64,000 nucleotides of DNA from Azolla caroliniana (taxonomy: Eukaryota; Plantae; Polypodiophyta). The position numbers and the translations under genes are program-made. This document shows, piece by piece, positions 43,385 through 56,849 of this stretch; position 1 is the first letter of the stretch; each line of letters opens with the position of its first letter. The notes under the pieces were generated by a model. The model made no database searches, was not told where the DNA came from, and saw nothing but the letters and a program-made list of their open reading frames with translations. The DNA is taken from the NCBI GenBank assembly GCA_043228905.1, contig JBHGNT010000006.1:6448001-6512000 (forward strand). Reading direction: 5' to 3'.

Positions 43385-46300
43385 ATGGTGCTGTTGATCA
43401 GAAACATCATCTCTTCTTCACTCTCATCTCCTTCTTCTTCTTCTTCATCGTCGTCGTCGCTGCAGAATCTGCGGTTCTTCCCACCTCACAATTTTAATCG
43501 CAATTCTCTCTTATCCAACCGACGGAGCACATTCTTCACCCTACGCAGCCGTTCTTTGTCTCAATCTGCAAGGGCCATGGCCACTAACACAGGTAGGATT
43601 CACATTTGGTTGCATTTTCCATCAATGCTCAAGAAATGTTTGCTTTTGCAAATCGTTTCTCCATTAATTCTTCATAAATCCATAGTTTGGAATGCATTTT
43701 CCACACATTCTTCAGAGATTTTGGTTTGAAAGGCCGTTTTCCATACATTCTTAAGAAAGACCATCAATGCTCAAGAAATGTTTGCTTTTGCAAATTGTTT
43801 CTCCATTAATTCTTCTGGAATGCATTTTCCACACATTCTTCAGAGATTTTGGTTTGAAAGGCCGTTTTCCTTACATTCTTAAGAAAGACCATCAATGCTC
43901 AAGAAATGTTTGCTTTGCAAATCGTTTCTCCATCAATTCTTCTGGAATGCATTTTCCACACATTCTTCAGAGATTTTGGTTTGAAAGGCCATTTTCCATA
44001 CATTCTTAAGAAAGATTGGTTTCTGAATGCTTTTTCCATGTATTGGTTAGATATCTTTAGCAAGAAAACAAAAATTCTGACATTGTTAAGAATCTCGAGT
44101 TCTGAAATACCTTTCGTAAGTTTGTAAGAGATCGTTAGTTTGAAATGCCTTCCCCAATGAAATCCTATGCAACCTTTGGATTATAATGCAATTTGCATAT
44201 ATTCTTAAGAGTTCTTTAGCATGAAACGGCATTCCATACACTCTCTAGAAATCATTGATTTTGAATTGATCTTATTTTTTAAATCATTTCTCTTTCTTTA
44301 TAACTTTCTTTTTTCTGTTTTTCTTGTAGGTAAGGCACCGGCACCTCCCCTTACCAACGTCGATGACCTTATCAATTCTGTGGAAACCTTCATCTTTGAT
44401 TGTGATGGTAAGTTTCGGTTCATCATCTTTCCTCAAAGTGACTTGTAAAAAACTGTCTATTTAGCTGATTAAGTGGCTTAATGGGGTTTGATTGTAATCT
44501 CCACTTTCCCTGGATCAAATTTTCTCCTTTGGTCCCCAATTACAAGAGATCTAGTTTAAGTTGCAACGCAAACTTGTCACTGAAATTTCTGGATTATTTA
44601 CACGATATATACATTTGTAGACCATGGCTGGAGTTCTAGAATAGCACCCATTGGATAATTGATAGTTACTTGATAGATAGAAAGAGAGGAGAAAGAAAGA
44701 GGGAAGATTGATAATTTATAGTGCCAATGTTGCCAAAGTGTCAAAAAGGTATTTCTTGAAGACCCACCATTTTAATTTCTCCACTATTACATATGAACTC
44801 AAATGCATAATATGCTCTCTTTCTATTGCTAAGCGACGGATAGGACATAGATTTCATCTATGATATGAGGGAACTTCAAGGCCAAGGTATTTAAAGCATT
44901 CCATGGTTTCAAGTTGCTCATAATTGTACATTATGCATTGTTTATCCTTAGTTTGGCTCATCACAAGCATAATCTTTGTCTTTGAGCTATTTACACTCAA
45001 CTTAGTATGCATGCAAAACTCTTCTAATGTCCTCTTAAGCTTTTGTGCATCTTCTAAAGTATTTGCAAAAAGAACAACATTTGCAAACAATAGAAGGATG
45101 ATGACTATATTCCCGATGACAACTTCCTCAAGGCTTTCTTCCTTTATAAACTTGGTAATCGTTTGTTCTGATTTATCAATGCATATGCCATAGACCAAAT
45201 AGATTTGGTAAGAGTGGACATCCTTGCTTAAGACCAAAAGGGCCAAAAATCTGAAATTGCATCGCCCATACACACATGACATAATGGGTGGAGTTGTTGT
45301 GGTAAAGCTATCTCTTTTCTTATTCCAACTGTCACAAATATATACGAGACCATTGTTCAAGCCCGAGATTATAATTTCGTCTAGTTAGAGTATGTGGGTC
45401 CTCACTAGTCCAGCCATTTGGCTTTTCCACATAGTGCGTACTAGTTACAACTTACTTCCACCATAGATCAAACACACAGCCACGAGTAAAAGTAGCAAAT
45501 AATACCTATCAATAGACTGAGTGTCCTACTGGATATAAAATGGTATACATCTCCCACCTGATGGGCATGCTACAGAGATTCCATAGGCAAATAGGACCTA
45601 TGAAGACTAGATTCGCCACCTGAATGTACTGGATATATGATGGTAAACATCTCCCACCCATTGAGCATGTTACAAAGATTCCATAGGCGAATAGTACCTG
45701 TCAATAGACTAGATTTGCCACCTGAGTGTATCGGATATATGATGGTTTACATCTCCCACCTGATGGGCATCCTACAAAGGTTCCATAGAAAATGGATTAG
45801 TGATTGGCATCAATCCACAACAATAGTGGAAGTGGATCATGGGGTTTGTTAGTGCATCCATGGTATTTTCTGGCATATGCAACTTCATAGAGTGATCTGA
45901 TTCTTCTCAACACAATCTCCAACCAAATTGTGAATCTCTTCTATATTCTTTGTTTTTGTGTAAAAGATCAGAATATTTTCCGGCACAATTATAGGCTAAC
46001 TGTTTCTGTAGAGCGTTGGATTTCAGCGTCCATGTCCACGGCTAAGCGTGAAAGCCACAATGCTTCTTTACATGCATGCTGGCTGTGAGGTATTCTGCTT
46101 CTGTTTTTGGAACAGCTATACACTCCTAAAGCCTTGACCTCCATTATATTGCCCCACCATGAACTAGAAAACATACCCACATGTTGATTTCTGGCTGTCC
46201 ACGTATCTGGCATAGTCAGAATATATGAATCCAACTATGTTTGCCTTCTACACACATTGTATGTTATCCCATGATTCACGAGCATTTTATGCCTCCCTGT

Positions 46301-48979
46301 CCTGTATCTGCCAGAGAGCTGGGCTAATCTCCTTGTTGAGCAGTGCTCCATGTACATTATTGTATGAGAATATGCTATTTGGCACACTTGTGCTGAGTGC
46401 TGTGCAGAAGGGGCCCCATGAGCTGGGGAATGTGCACATGAGCATGACTACATTGATCCCCAGATCTAGCTTCATTTCTAGAACGATGGGTTTTTGTGTC
46501 TTTGCTCATATATAGAGTGGCCTTATGTACATACATACATACATGCATGCATGCATATGTGCGTATGTATATATATCACTGCCATTAAATTTTACAAGTC
46601 CACCTACTTTCTCGACATTGTATTTAGGTTCCACTCGCCTGAATCGCCATCTACCAAGAGTAATTTTTTTGAAGGTGGGCATCCTGTGTATCTATCTATC
46701 TATATAAGTATATTATGTGAGATCTGCTTTGACCTATTTTGCACAAGAACACAGAACTGTAACTGCATTGTTTATTTTCTAATTGCTTAGATTTATGTGC
46801 AATGGCATTGTCTTAGGTCTTTATTGCATTGGCTTTTGTTCCTTAGTTTTTAGTGTATTTCATATTGCAATGCTGCAAGTCACGGGGGGAGGTTTGATTG
46901 ATCGTTTCAGGGGTTATTTGGAAGGGTGATACTTTGATTGATGGTGTACCAGAAACCCTCGACATGTTGCGAGATTTGGTTAGTACTCTTATCTACAAGT
47001 TTTATGTTAATAAACAGGTTTAGTGGCTTGGAGAATGTAAGCACTTGTGCATATCTTCTAATGAAATCATGGATTTTTTCAGGGAAAACGGCTTGTTTTT
47101 GTTACAAATAATTCGACAAAATCCAGGAAGCAGTATGGAAAGAAATTTGAGACTCTAGGTTTGAGTGTGAGCGAAGTGAGTAATTGTTTCCGTGTTACTT
47201 TCTCAAGTTTCTTAATTATTATACCTCATGCTGTTTTTATTCTTTTACTGTGATGAACTGTAGGAGGAGATTTTTGCGTCATCTTTTGCAGCAGCTGCAT
47301 ATCTTAAATCTATCAACTTCCCTTCTGAGAAGAAGGTGCCTGTCCATCGTCTGCCTATCTAATTCGATGCTTTTGAATTTCTATAATTTGGGATGTATTT
47401 GTTTCAGGTATATGTTATTGGTGAAGTTGGAATTTTGAAAGAGCTGGAGCTAGCTGGAATAAACTATCTTGGGGGTTCGGTAAAGTTGATCACTTGATTT
47501 CAAATTTAGACTGGGATTGTTTTTTATTGCTATCATATAGAACTGGTTTGAAACTTCAATCAGCAGTTGGCATCTGCTTATGCAAGGAGTTTGGGATGGA
47601 GATCCCCTCTTTGTACTAGCTTGTATATGTAACCACGTGTCTCCTTTTATGTGGCAATGTCTGATAGCATACACACATTTTTAGCAATTCTCAATAGCAT
47701 ATTCATCCTTCATCAACCATAACGTCTCTCTGATGATATTGAAAATCCAATGTTTGAATTCAGTTGGTTGACATAAATCCATTTATTTATCATGAGGAGC
47801 AAGAATATGCAAATGAGAATGACTAGGTTACATCAGTACAAGTACCTAGTAATCATTACAAAGCTATTTTCTAGTAGTTACACTCTTGGTTTGGGTCGAT
47901 GAATTATGATGCATACTTCATGTTTTCTTAAAGGTTTTTTATATAGAACAAAGTATAAGGTTAAGCTACAGCTCATAATGAGCTTTTCTATTGGACTTTT
48001 CATAGGATGATGGTGAAAAGAAGATTGATTTGTCTCCTGGTACTCTTATGGAACACGATCATGATGTATGACAGGTTCCTTCTTTAAGGTTATACCTTCA
48101 CCCTAGTATCTGTTCTTCTATTCTTATTCAATGTGGCACTTTCATTGCTGGGCAGGTAGGAGCTGTAGTTGTCGGTTTTGACAGATACATCAATTACTAC
48201 AAATTTCAGTGGGTGATAAGTGTCTTGTTTTTTCATGGTCAAGTGCCTATGGATATCATTTTTCTAACACTAGTCTCTTTTTTCTTAATAAAGATATGGC
48301 ACCCTTTGTATTAGAGAAAATCCAGGATGTCTCTTTATAGCCACCAATTGTGATGCAGTCACTCATCTTACAGATGCTCAAGAGTGGGCAGGTATTTTCT
48401 CCTATTTTTTTCAGTAGTTGTGAGGGATCTATTAAATAGTTTCCTTCTCTTTCTGACATCAAAATATGGTGAACAGGTGGGGGTTCCATGGTTGGTGCAA
48501 TAAAGGGGTCCACAAGGAAAGAACCAATAGTTGTGGGCAAGCCATCTACATTCATGATGGATTATGTATCTAAAGAGTACAAAATCTTTTCTCACGCCTA
48601 TATAACTCATAACTCATATTTGAATATTCTTGCCACATATAATTACACCCTCTTCAAGCTTCTCTTAAAGATTTTCTTCTGGCAGGTTTGGCATTACCAA
48701 GTCTCAGATATGTATGGTGGGGGACCGGCTCGATACAGATATCCTATTTGGTCAAAATGGTGGTTGCAAGACACTTCTTGTTCTCTCAGGTTTTTGTCTC
48801 AAGACCGTCTATGTAATTTAGATTGTCTGATAGCAATGGAATATTGTTAAGTTCTAAAAGTTTGGAAGCATACAGGTGTTACAACACTAGGGATGTTGAA
48901 TGATCCTGCAAATGAAATTCAGCCAGATTTTTACACAAATCAGATATCAGATCTCCTTGCTAAGAAAGTGAAGGCTTGA
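43385..48979 (+). CDS. PGLP1: Chloroplast 2-phosphoglycolate phosphatase (HAD IIA); 12 exons: 43385-43592, 44330-44407, 46911-46978, 47083-47175, 47264-47335, 47408-47479, 48006-48065, 48156-48208, 48294-48391, 48477-48576, 48686-48789, 48876-48979
   Basis: Ser-rich transit peptide, [41 protein letters not shown]; GT-AG introns in phase. Confidence 0.93.
43610..44015. repeat. Tandem repeat of ~120-150 bp (3 copies) in PGLP intron 1
   Basis: ccatcaatgctcaagaaatgtttgc...cattcttaagaaaga repeated. Confidence 0.88.
44750..45240 (-). mobile_element. Degenerate non-LTR (RTE-like) RT fragment in PGLP intron 2
   Basis: [11 protein letters not shown]...[11 protein letters not shown]...FKYLGL. Confidence 0.65.
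46000..46490 (-). mobile_element. Degenerate Copia fragments (gag and RNase H) in PGLP intron 2
   Basis: [16 protein letters not shown] and [11 protein letters not shown] motifs. Confidence 0.55.
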
Positions 48980-50714
48980 TTGAGCGAAGATTTGATGTAT
49001 GGATGAGAGCAAGATTCAAATTAATTTTGCTGAGCTCTTTTTCGGCAATGTGCAAATGTACAATATATTATTCAAATGACCAGTTTTCACGTCTGATTCT
49101 CATTTCAATGTAATAAGCACTTCATTGCACTTGATGGCAGAAGTCTCCCGCATGCATTTTTTAAATAAGGTTGGGTTCATCTTGAGAGTGATGATATGAC
49201 TGGGTTCAACCAGTTATATAATCATTATTACCTTTCTAAAACATGGATCCAAAATTTGTAATTGTAACACGAAGCCTTCATGTACTTGTTGAATACCCAG
49301 AGAAATTCAAATTCCATAATTCACACGTGAATAAAAACAGAAAAAATATTAAGATGAAGATAAAAGGAAGATGGTATTGAATGAAAGGAGATAATTAATT
49401 GGGGTATTGATTTGTTGTTGGTTGAAGAGATTGGATTCAATGCGGTGTAATTATATGCAAAGTTGAGGAGACAGATATATTTTAGTTATTTATGCACTAA
49501 GTCTGATTGGTGAGATGCCATAGTCATATTTGTGAGCCACTTTTTAAAAGAATTCAAAGAGAACAATGTTACATATTCTTTTGCATTGAAGTTACTCAGA
49601 ATATGGATTGTTGCCTACAACGTGAGATTGAGATGAAGAAAAAAGGTAGAGTCTAAGCTAAACAAAAATTCAGACGGCCGACCATAATGATAAAAGTAGA
49701 GTTATAAAAGTATAGTCTAAGCTTCGTTTCTAATGTCCTAGTGGGCTGGAGCTCCTGCTCTGAAGTACTAAGTACCACCATGCTTAAGTTTCAGGGCTGA
49801 AGGAGGAGGAGCATGCATGCATATATATAATAACACGGGTGGATCCATGGATGGATAGATGGATGGAGCTTTGTCTCCAAGATTTATGTGCGCTGCCTTG
49901 CATTTGCATTTGTATTATTGCATTGCATGGCATGGCATGCAAATTCTGCGTCCAAAATCACTCCCTCGATCTGCACCTTTCCTTTCCTAAACACCTCCAC
50001 CTCCACCTCCACCTCCATCACTCGCTCCTGCACATTCCACCATCGCCATATACATATGTATAACAGTATATGTATGCACCTGTATGCCTGTGTGTGTGTA
50101 TATATATATATATATAATTCATTGCTCGCCACTCCTTCTACTGAAATCGCCCCCTTCCTTCCTTCCTTCCACATTCATGCAGATTTGCAACAATGCCATA
50201 TCCACCCAATTTTTTTTTATAAGTATAAAAATAAATAAATCGTGACATCAAAATCTTTTGAGTTTTGCTAAGTAATGCAAAGTAGTGTTTTTTTGGAAAA
50301 AAAAATAAAAAATCTTTTGAGTTTTAAAATACATATATAAAACTTCCACCATACCATTCAATTTAAAACACACGCAAAATCTTCTTCCGAACCTAAAAAC
50401 AACAAGTACGACATCCACCAAAATATTAGCCACTAAAAAAACCAAATACTTTCAATTACATACAAATTAAAACTTCAAAATTCAAATCACACCAAACTTT
50501 AAACTTCAAATTATACAAGGTTCCACCCATAAAATGTGTTCAAGATCACAAGCTCTGTAGTGTTGATTTCAAGTCAAAAAACCCTAAAGATGAAAACGAA
50601 ATCTATACGTAAGGAGAGGTTATGGCTCATCTGGGGATGATGACAAAATGCAACAACAATTTTTGCAACAATCACCATTCGAGTTCCTTGAAGTCAAGGT
50701 CAAGCTAAACATCA

Positions 50715-51469
50715 ATGGCTCATAATAATGACTCAATGGCATCCACCCAAACGGAAGGAATTCAAGGAAATCCTCCTGGGCCAATCCTCATTGAGTCTTA
50801 TTTTTTACAAATACAAAATTTCCTTAATTCTACCTTGCCTGAGATTTCTGAACTCCGGCAATTTTATAGTGCTCTCGAGGCATGTGTCATTAGTATACAA
50901 CATGATACTAATAGACCCGATGAGCGTGAAGGTGAACCATTGTTTGTTGTAAAGCCATTTACGGGAGAAAAAAAAGGAAAGAACCGAAGAAGCAGTCTGC
51001 ACATGGCTGGGTCGATGGGAGTCTCATATGGAACTCTATCCCAAGCCAGATAGTACGAATATTGCATATGTTGGTGGAGAACTAGGGGGTAAGGCCATTG
51101 CCTTGTGGCGTGGGCTTCGCACTACGGGGAAATTGCCTGATACCTGCACAAACTTTGTCACAGTTTTCAAGGGTCAATTTCTGCAACCTCCATCTCGAAC
51201 CGAGGCATCACAAGCTTTAATGAACCTCTCTAATCCAAAGTTTACTAATGACTTTTGGACGCAAGTATTTACAAAGTTAGAAACTACATTGAGCACGAGC
51301 TCCACAGATCATCCTCAATCCGATGGACAAACGGAACGAGCAAATCAAATTATTGAGGACATGCTTCGAGCATATGTTGGTGCAAAACCAACAAAGTGGG
51401 AACATTATCTCCCAATTTTGGAGTTTGCTTATAACAGTTCCAAGCATACATCAACAAGATAGTCCTTTT
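50715..51469 (+). pseudogene. Internally deleted D/E-family Gypsy remnant: gag fused directly to an integrase fragment
   Basis: gag ...GQFLQPPSRTEASQALMNLS runs straight into KFTNDFWTQVF...[14 protein letters not shown]; N-terminus resembles the element D gag. Confidence 0.8.
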
Positions 51470-51845
51470 AACACGTTCGCGTTCACAAGTGGAAGGATTG
51501 CGCATTCCACTTGTAGAATCTTCTTAAAACGAAGCAAATACACCCTTACAAAAATTGGATGCACTAGTATCACATGTTCCTCAACTTGATGAGAATTTGC
51601 AAATATAAAAATACATGATAGATCTACGAGTGGAGATCATTAGAAATCATGCAAGTTTAGACACGTTGATAAGTTAATGTAGGCATAATAAAGTTCAACT
51701 ATGGCTTAATATGTCACTACTGTGCGACAAGGGAAACACTAACTTAAAGACTTATATTAATTAGGTAAGTTTTACAAAAATATCAGGTGTACTTGTATCC
51801 ATACTAATAAAATGAGTTATAATTTATACTTTGACCCATACGTGC

Positions 51846-52120
51846 ATGTATGTAATTGTGGAAAATGTAGGATAGTGCACATTAGGATAAGTGATTGGAA
51901 TAACTAACTTATTAAAGTATTCAATACTTGTATTTAAAGTTGATCTAATTTATTCCTTAGTTTGTTCATATGGGATCAAACCATATGTATATAATTGTGG
52001 ACAATGTAAGGCAGTGAACTTTAGGATAATGTCGTGGAAATAACTAACCTATTAGGCTTTCATACCTGTATTTAAAATTGATCTACTCTATTGCTTAGGT
52101 GATTCACACAGGATCAAACT
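51846..52120. repeat. Degenerate tandem duplication of ~138 bp
   Basis: atgtat..aattgtgga...ggatcaaac occurs twice. Confidence 0.7.
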
Positions 52121-52512
52121 CCGAACGATAATGCAACTGGAACCATTATCAACACACTACACAATCTAAGCAGCAATGGAATAGAAATATAATAGTTTTA
52201 ACAATAGAAGACAAAGATCCATAATAACAACATGGACAGTCATGGCAACAATTATAGGGCCATGTTCTGTTAAGGTTAGCTTGAACCAAAATCAGCCTCA
52301 ATTTAAACTAGTTCATGTTTCTCCATAAATTTGGTAGTCAGCTATGCACGCGGTGAAACCAATGTCATAAATCTACTAACCAAGTATATAAAAATAAAAT
52401 TGAAACATATAGAAGATTATAAAGAATAGAACCCACTAGGTAAAACCCAAAATTTGTATTAATAATGTGAAATCCTAACAAATCGTCAGTGTTATTTTCT
52501 TCATAGATTCTA

Positions 52513-55500
52513 TTACATAGCAATCAATTCATCAACGTCATTTTCTTCATCATCTTGTGTAGAACTGTCTTCGGCTATACGTGCATTGGTTTCCCCTGTT
52601 AGCCGAGCCAACGAAATATCTTCTATAAGCTCATCATCAAGCTCTATTAGCTCCCCCGGTTCGCCGGCTAATGGAGGAATAGGCTCTCGCGAAGCAGGTT
52701 GAAACCTTTCTGTATTGGCGAGGTTCTTTGCACCGACCTCCTCATCCTGGTCTGGGCACTCCCACAAAGCCTTAATCCGCATATTAATAAATATAACTTG
52801 GTCCTCGTCCTTCTCCAATGCAACTGTATTTCTAAAAAGCTTCAATGCACATGCAGACGTAGTTCCTGTGATGTAAGTAACAAGAAGATTTAGTTGTCAA
52901 ACGAAAAAAAAAGGGATTGGTTATCTCAAGATCGTTACCCTAGTTCGAGGAATACCTGTGCCAGAAAAGAGATCTAATATCCAGTCTCCTTTGACAGAAA
53001 ACATCTCGATCAAGCGCATCATAAGTCGTTGAGGTTTTTGGTATGGGTTGACAATTCCCCGTTTTGTCGTGGTGACATGTCGCAATTTCCGTGTCACTGC
53101 TGGATATACCAACAGATTTGAACCTCCCACTTCATTAGAATGCTCTTTGATTCTCTGTTTCTTAATTTCATCGAAGTAGCCAACCGTTATGTATTCAATG
53201 GCATTAACGAACCGAAAAGTTGGCCCTCTATTTACATTGGTCTTGATCCTATAAAAAATAATACATCGAGTTAAGAATAGATTCAACAACCTTAAGAAAT
53301 GCAATATAGTGAAAGACACCTATAAATAATCCTTACCATGCAAGGTTCTCGATGCCATGGCAACGAGATCTCAAAGCTTGAGCTACCAAGTACCCTTGGT
53401 CCATACTATGAAAGACAACTATTCGCCACAAGGATGCGGTCGTTAGCTCAACGAAGTCCTTGACCATCTTCTCCAATTGTTTAAACCTAAACGGTTCATC
53501 GTCGTATGATGACCCAGCCATTCGAAATCCGTAAGGAATATCCGCAATCATTAGCGTATATTCCTTCTTTGGCACCTTTTGGATCAAGTCGACGACATCA
53601 CCGCAAACCACATTGTAGTAAAGATCTCTCGTAATATCTTTTTTGTGGCTAAATTTTTTAAAGGAGCCAACTTCCTCCATTTCGTACACCTTGACTAAGC
53701 GACGATCCTTTTCTTTTCTGGCTCGTTCGAGATGTGCAAGGAAGGATGTAGGGAAATCGTGTATATCCTTAACTTCTCCTTGTTTCTTGCCTCGACACGG
53801 TTTCTAATAGAAGCAATAGGACATCAGGTATTATTATACAAGCTCTACATATGATGAAAGGGTAATGAAAAACCATGAATACTAACCCAATCCTTGAATG
53901 CAATAAAATACTCTGATAACGCCTTATATGAAGATGTTAGAGGATAATCCTCAATCACTTGTTCCCAAGTTATACATCCAAGTTGTTTCATCATAACTTC
54001 TTGGATCTTCATGTACACCTTATGACTGTAAAATTAGAAATCAAGATTAGAACTTTGAATTACATCAGATAGACTACAATTTCAGTATTTGAAAGACTTA
54101 CTTATTGAACTCAGTGACCATTTCTTCAAGGCTTAAATCTTTCGCCACAACCCTTGACAAAACAGACACAAGAAGTTGCTCGTCCTTAATACCTTGATCG
54201 CTCTCCATAGAGACAACTTCATGTCGTCTGCCGCTTCTTCAATTGTCAAGTCAATTTTCTTGGCGGCTTGTGACTTTAACTCTAGTTGAGGGTCAACCTT
54301 ACATTTCTTTTGTCGTTGACCCTTTACCTCCTTATTCTCCCACATTGAGAAGATTTGATCTTGTAGGTCCCATACTTCTCCATCTCTAAACGCCAATTGA
54401 AACCAAGACTCATACTTTCGAAGACCATCGAACCTAACATTATCATCTACCACAATGCCGACTTCATGCAGACATTGACGTCGTAGGCCTGGATGTAACT
54501 TCACACCAAACTTTTGTTTCACGTCTAAATACTCGTGGTGGAAGAACCGTATACGCTCAATGGACGACATTTTCTGCCTATAGTCATTATCATTATTATG
54601 GTCCCATGCCAACAGCTTAGCCTCTTCGGTTGTGAGCCCAACATAAATTTTGCACTCGGCATACTTGAAGAAGAAAGTTGTTGGATGTTCTCTCACAAGT
54701 TGCCGACGTGCCTCTGCTGAATGCGATCCACCAATGACAAAATAATTATATTGATCATGCTTTCTAATATCAAAATCTTCAATGGTTTCACATTCTTCAG
54801 GATCTACCATAACAATAAAAGGCACCACAATGGCATGAAGATTAATTTTCATTTTTTTCTTGAGATTTTGAACATGCATGCAGTGTGGCTCTCTAATCTC
54901 AAGTGGTCGTCGACCTGTTTTTTCATCAATAGGGGGCCGATGGATGTGTGTTATAGGCAAATTAAACACTTGCCCTTTCCTGACCAGTTTTCGTTGCATT
55001 AACTCTCTCCTTATCTTATTCTGCTCGGATGACAAAACACCCGAGGCCAGCTCAGCTCCTGGCGTCCCCTTATTATCCTCCTCTTCGTTTTCACTTGTTG
55101 AATCCGTGTCCGACATTTTGGTTGTCTTCTTCTTTGGTGGTCTTGACTGGACTTTGGATACCCTTTTTGTGGCCTTCAATGGGGAGGGCACTTCATCTCT
55201 TAGAGTTACATGGCCTTGTATATAAGGCCTCAAGGTAACAATAAGGTTTTGTGAGCTTTCAAGATCTTTTTTGAACGCTTCTGGCCCACAAGATTCCTTT
55301 ACTAAAAGGTCTTCTGAACGGAACACTTTACGTACCCCCTTGGAGCACTCTATCATTACCAGTATGTTGGCCGAATCTGCATCTTCGTAGTCAAATCGTA
55401 GAATACGACCATACATAAATGGGGTTTCCTTTCCAAGCCGCCCCTCCCCCTTCTTCTTTGCTGTATACAATACGACTTTTTTCTTTGAGTCGACATATTG

Positions 55501-56725
55501 CATACACCATTCCTTGTCCGTTAGATCTCGGTCAGGAAGGTCTTCACCTCCAGTAGCGGCGACAAGTTTCTTTTGGCTAACATCAATATGTGGCTGAGAT
55601 TTTGTCTCTTCGTTGAAGAGAAGCTTTTTTCCTCTCTTCATGGTCTCCGGAGCTACCTTGGTCTGGGCTTCGATTGGAGAACCCTGTATGCGAAGCTTTA
55701 TTTTCTTCACGGGTCGGTTCGACAGGTTCTCAAACGACCTATTTAAGAAAGTATATGCAAAAACATAAGTTAGCTGGTCACGTAGATTAAGGTTGTATAT
55801 TAACATGAAGAACAATTCTCACTAGCAGTCCTATATTCAAAAATCTATTCTAGGCAGGGCTATTCAACCTAGAAAATATATATCGTAATAAGTAAACAAG
55901 GTTATATATTCTTTTAAATAGTAGGTATGACTTATATAGATTCCAAACCTATATTGAGGAGAATTTGCTATCGTAAAGGCAATTTGTGGATCATTTTCTA
56001 CTATTTTAAGCTAAAGTAGGTCATAAAACACCTATAATTAGAGCATGTTTTTTTTTAAAAGTAAGGAAAGTCAACATAAAAAAGACTGATTTTGACAGAC
56101 AATTTGATATCTTTTCCACACAATAATTAATTGTTACCCCAAAAACACAATTTTTCTCTCTCAGAGCCTTCTTTTATACAGGAACTCGATACGGCGTATC
56201 GAGTTCCTGTTTAAATCCTAAACTTTAAACGGGAACTCGATACGCCGTATCGAGTTCCTCTACTTTCTTTGCTTTTTAAACAAGAACTCGATACAGCGTA
56301 TCGAGTTCCTGTTTAAAACCTAAACTTTAAACACGAACTCGATACGCCGTATCGAGTTCCTGTTTAAAATCCAAACTTTAAACACGAACTCGATACATAA
56401 ACTTTAAACACGAACTCGATACGTTGTATCGAGTTCCCGTTTAAAGTTTGGAATTTAAACACGAACTCGATACGGCGTATCGAGTTCGTGTTTAAAGTTT
56501 AGGTTTTAAACGGGAACTCGATACGCCGTATCGAGTTCCCGTTTAAAAAACAAAAAAAAATTATGAACTCGATACACCGTATCGAGTTCATGTATAAAGT
56601 TTGTATTGTATACAGGAACTCGATACGGCGTATCGAGTTCTTGAGCGACGAAACATATTTACAAAAATGTCCACAGTGTTAGAGGCCTACCTGGAGTCCT
56701 CGCGCTCGATTCTCTTTGAAGACAT
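52513..56725 (-). pseudogene. ParB-like domain / beta-class N6A-N4C DNA methyltransferase fusion gene; exons 56725-56691, 55738-54102, 54025-53887, 53803-53337, 53248-52956, 52865-52513; one 1-bp frameshift at ~54196
   Basis: GDVVDLI...LMIADIPYG (motif IV), NPYQKPQRLMMRLIEMFSVKGDWILDLFSGTGTT...ALEKD (motifs X, I, II); ParB/Srx-like VPFIVMV...YFVIGGSHSAEA; all introns GT-AG and phase-consistent. Confidence 0.82.
56182..56640. repeat. Array of 25-bp palindromes GAACTCGATACG(N)CGTATCGAGTTC, 9 full plus 1 half, 51-bp period, in intron 1 of the methyltransferase gene
   Basis: Cores start at 56182, 56233, 56284, 56335, 56386 (half), 56412, 56463, 56514, 56565, 56616. Confidence 0.95.
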
Positions 56726-56841
56726 GGTTGATCGTGTGGCAGTGGAGGCGGAGATCGCGCTTTGGTGCTTTGTGCTCTGTGTGCTTTGTGTGCTCTGTGT
56801 GCTCTGTACGCTCTTGTGAGTGAAATATGACGAGGTCTTCC

Positions 56842-56849
56842 TATTTATA
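56842..56849 (-). promoter_or_regulatory. TATA box (TATAAATA) of the ParB-methyltransferase gene
   Basis: cctataaatagg on the minus strand, ~120 bp upstream of the ATG at 56725. Confidence 0.6.

Noticed and set aside
47725-47750. ctgatga...gaaa hammerhead ribozyme-like core
   Set aside because: No flanking stems can be formed; ordinary intron sequence
49839-50445. Short ORFs in low-complexity DNA downstream of PGLP
   Set aside because: Simple repeats with no protein motifs; possibly a TE end but not supportable
54133-55815. The 560-aa ORF as a standalone protein
   Set aside because: Its N-terminus is intronic and its C-terminus results from a frameshift; it is exon 2 of the ParB-methyltransferase gene
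56182-56640. CRISPR array interpretation of the palindrome array
   Set aside because: The spacers are AT-rich and mostly related to one another, there are no cas genes, and the context is a eukaryotic intron
52513-56725. Bacterial or phage contamination as the source of the methyltransferase
   Set aside because: The gene has phase-consistent GT-AG introns and a TATA box, and is flanked by plant retroelements
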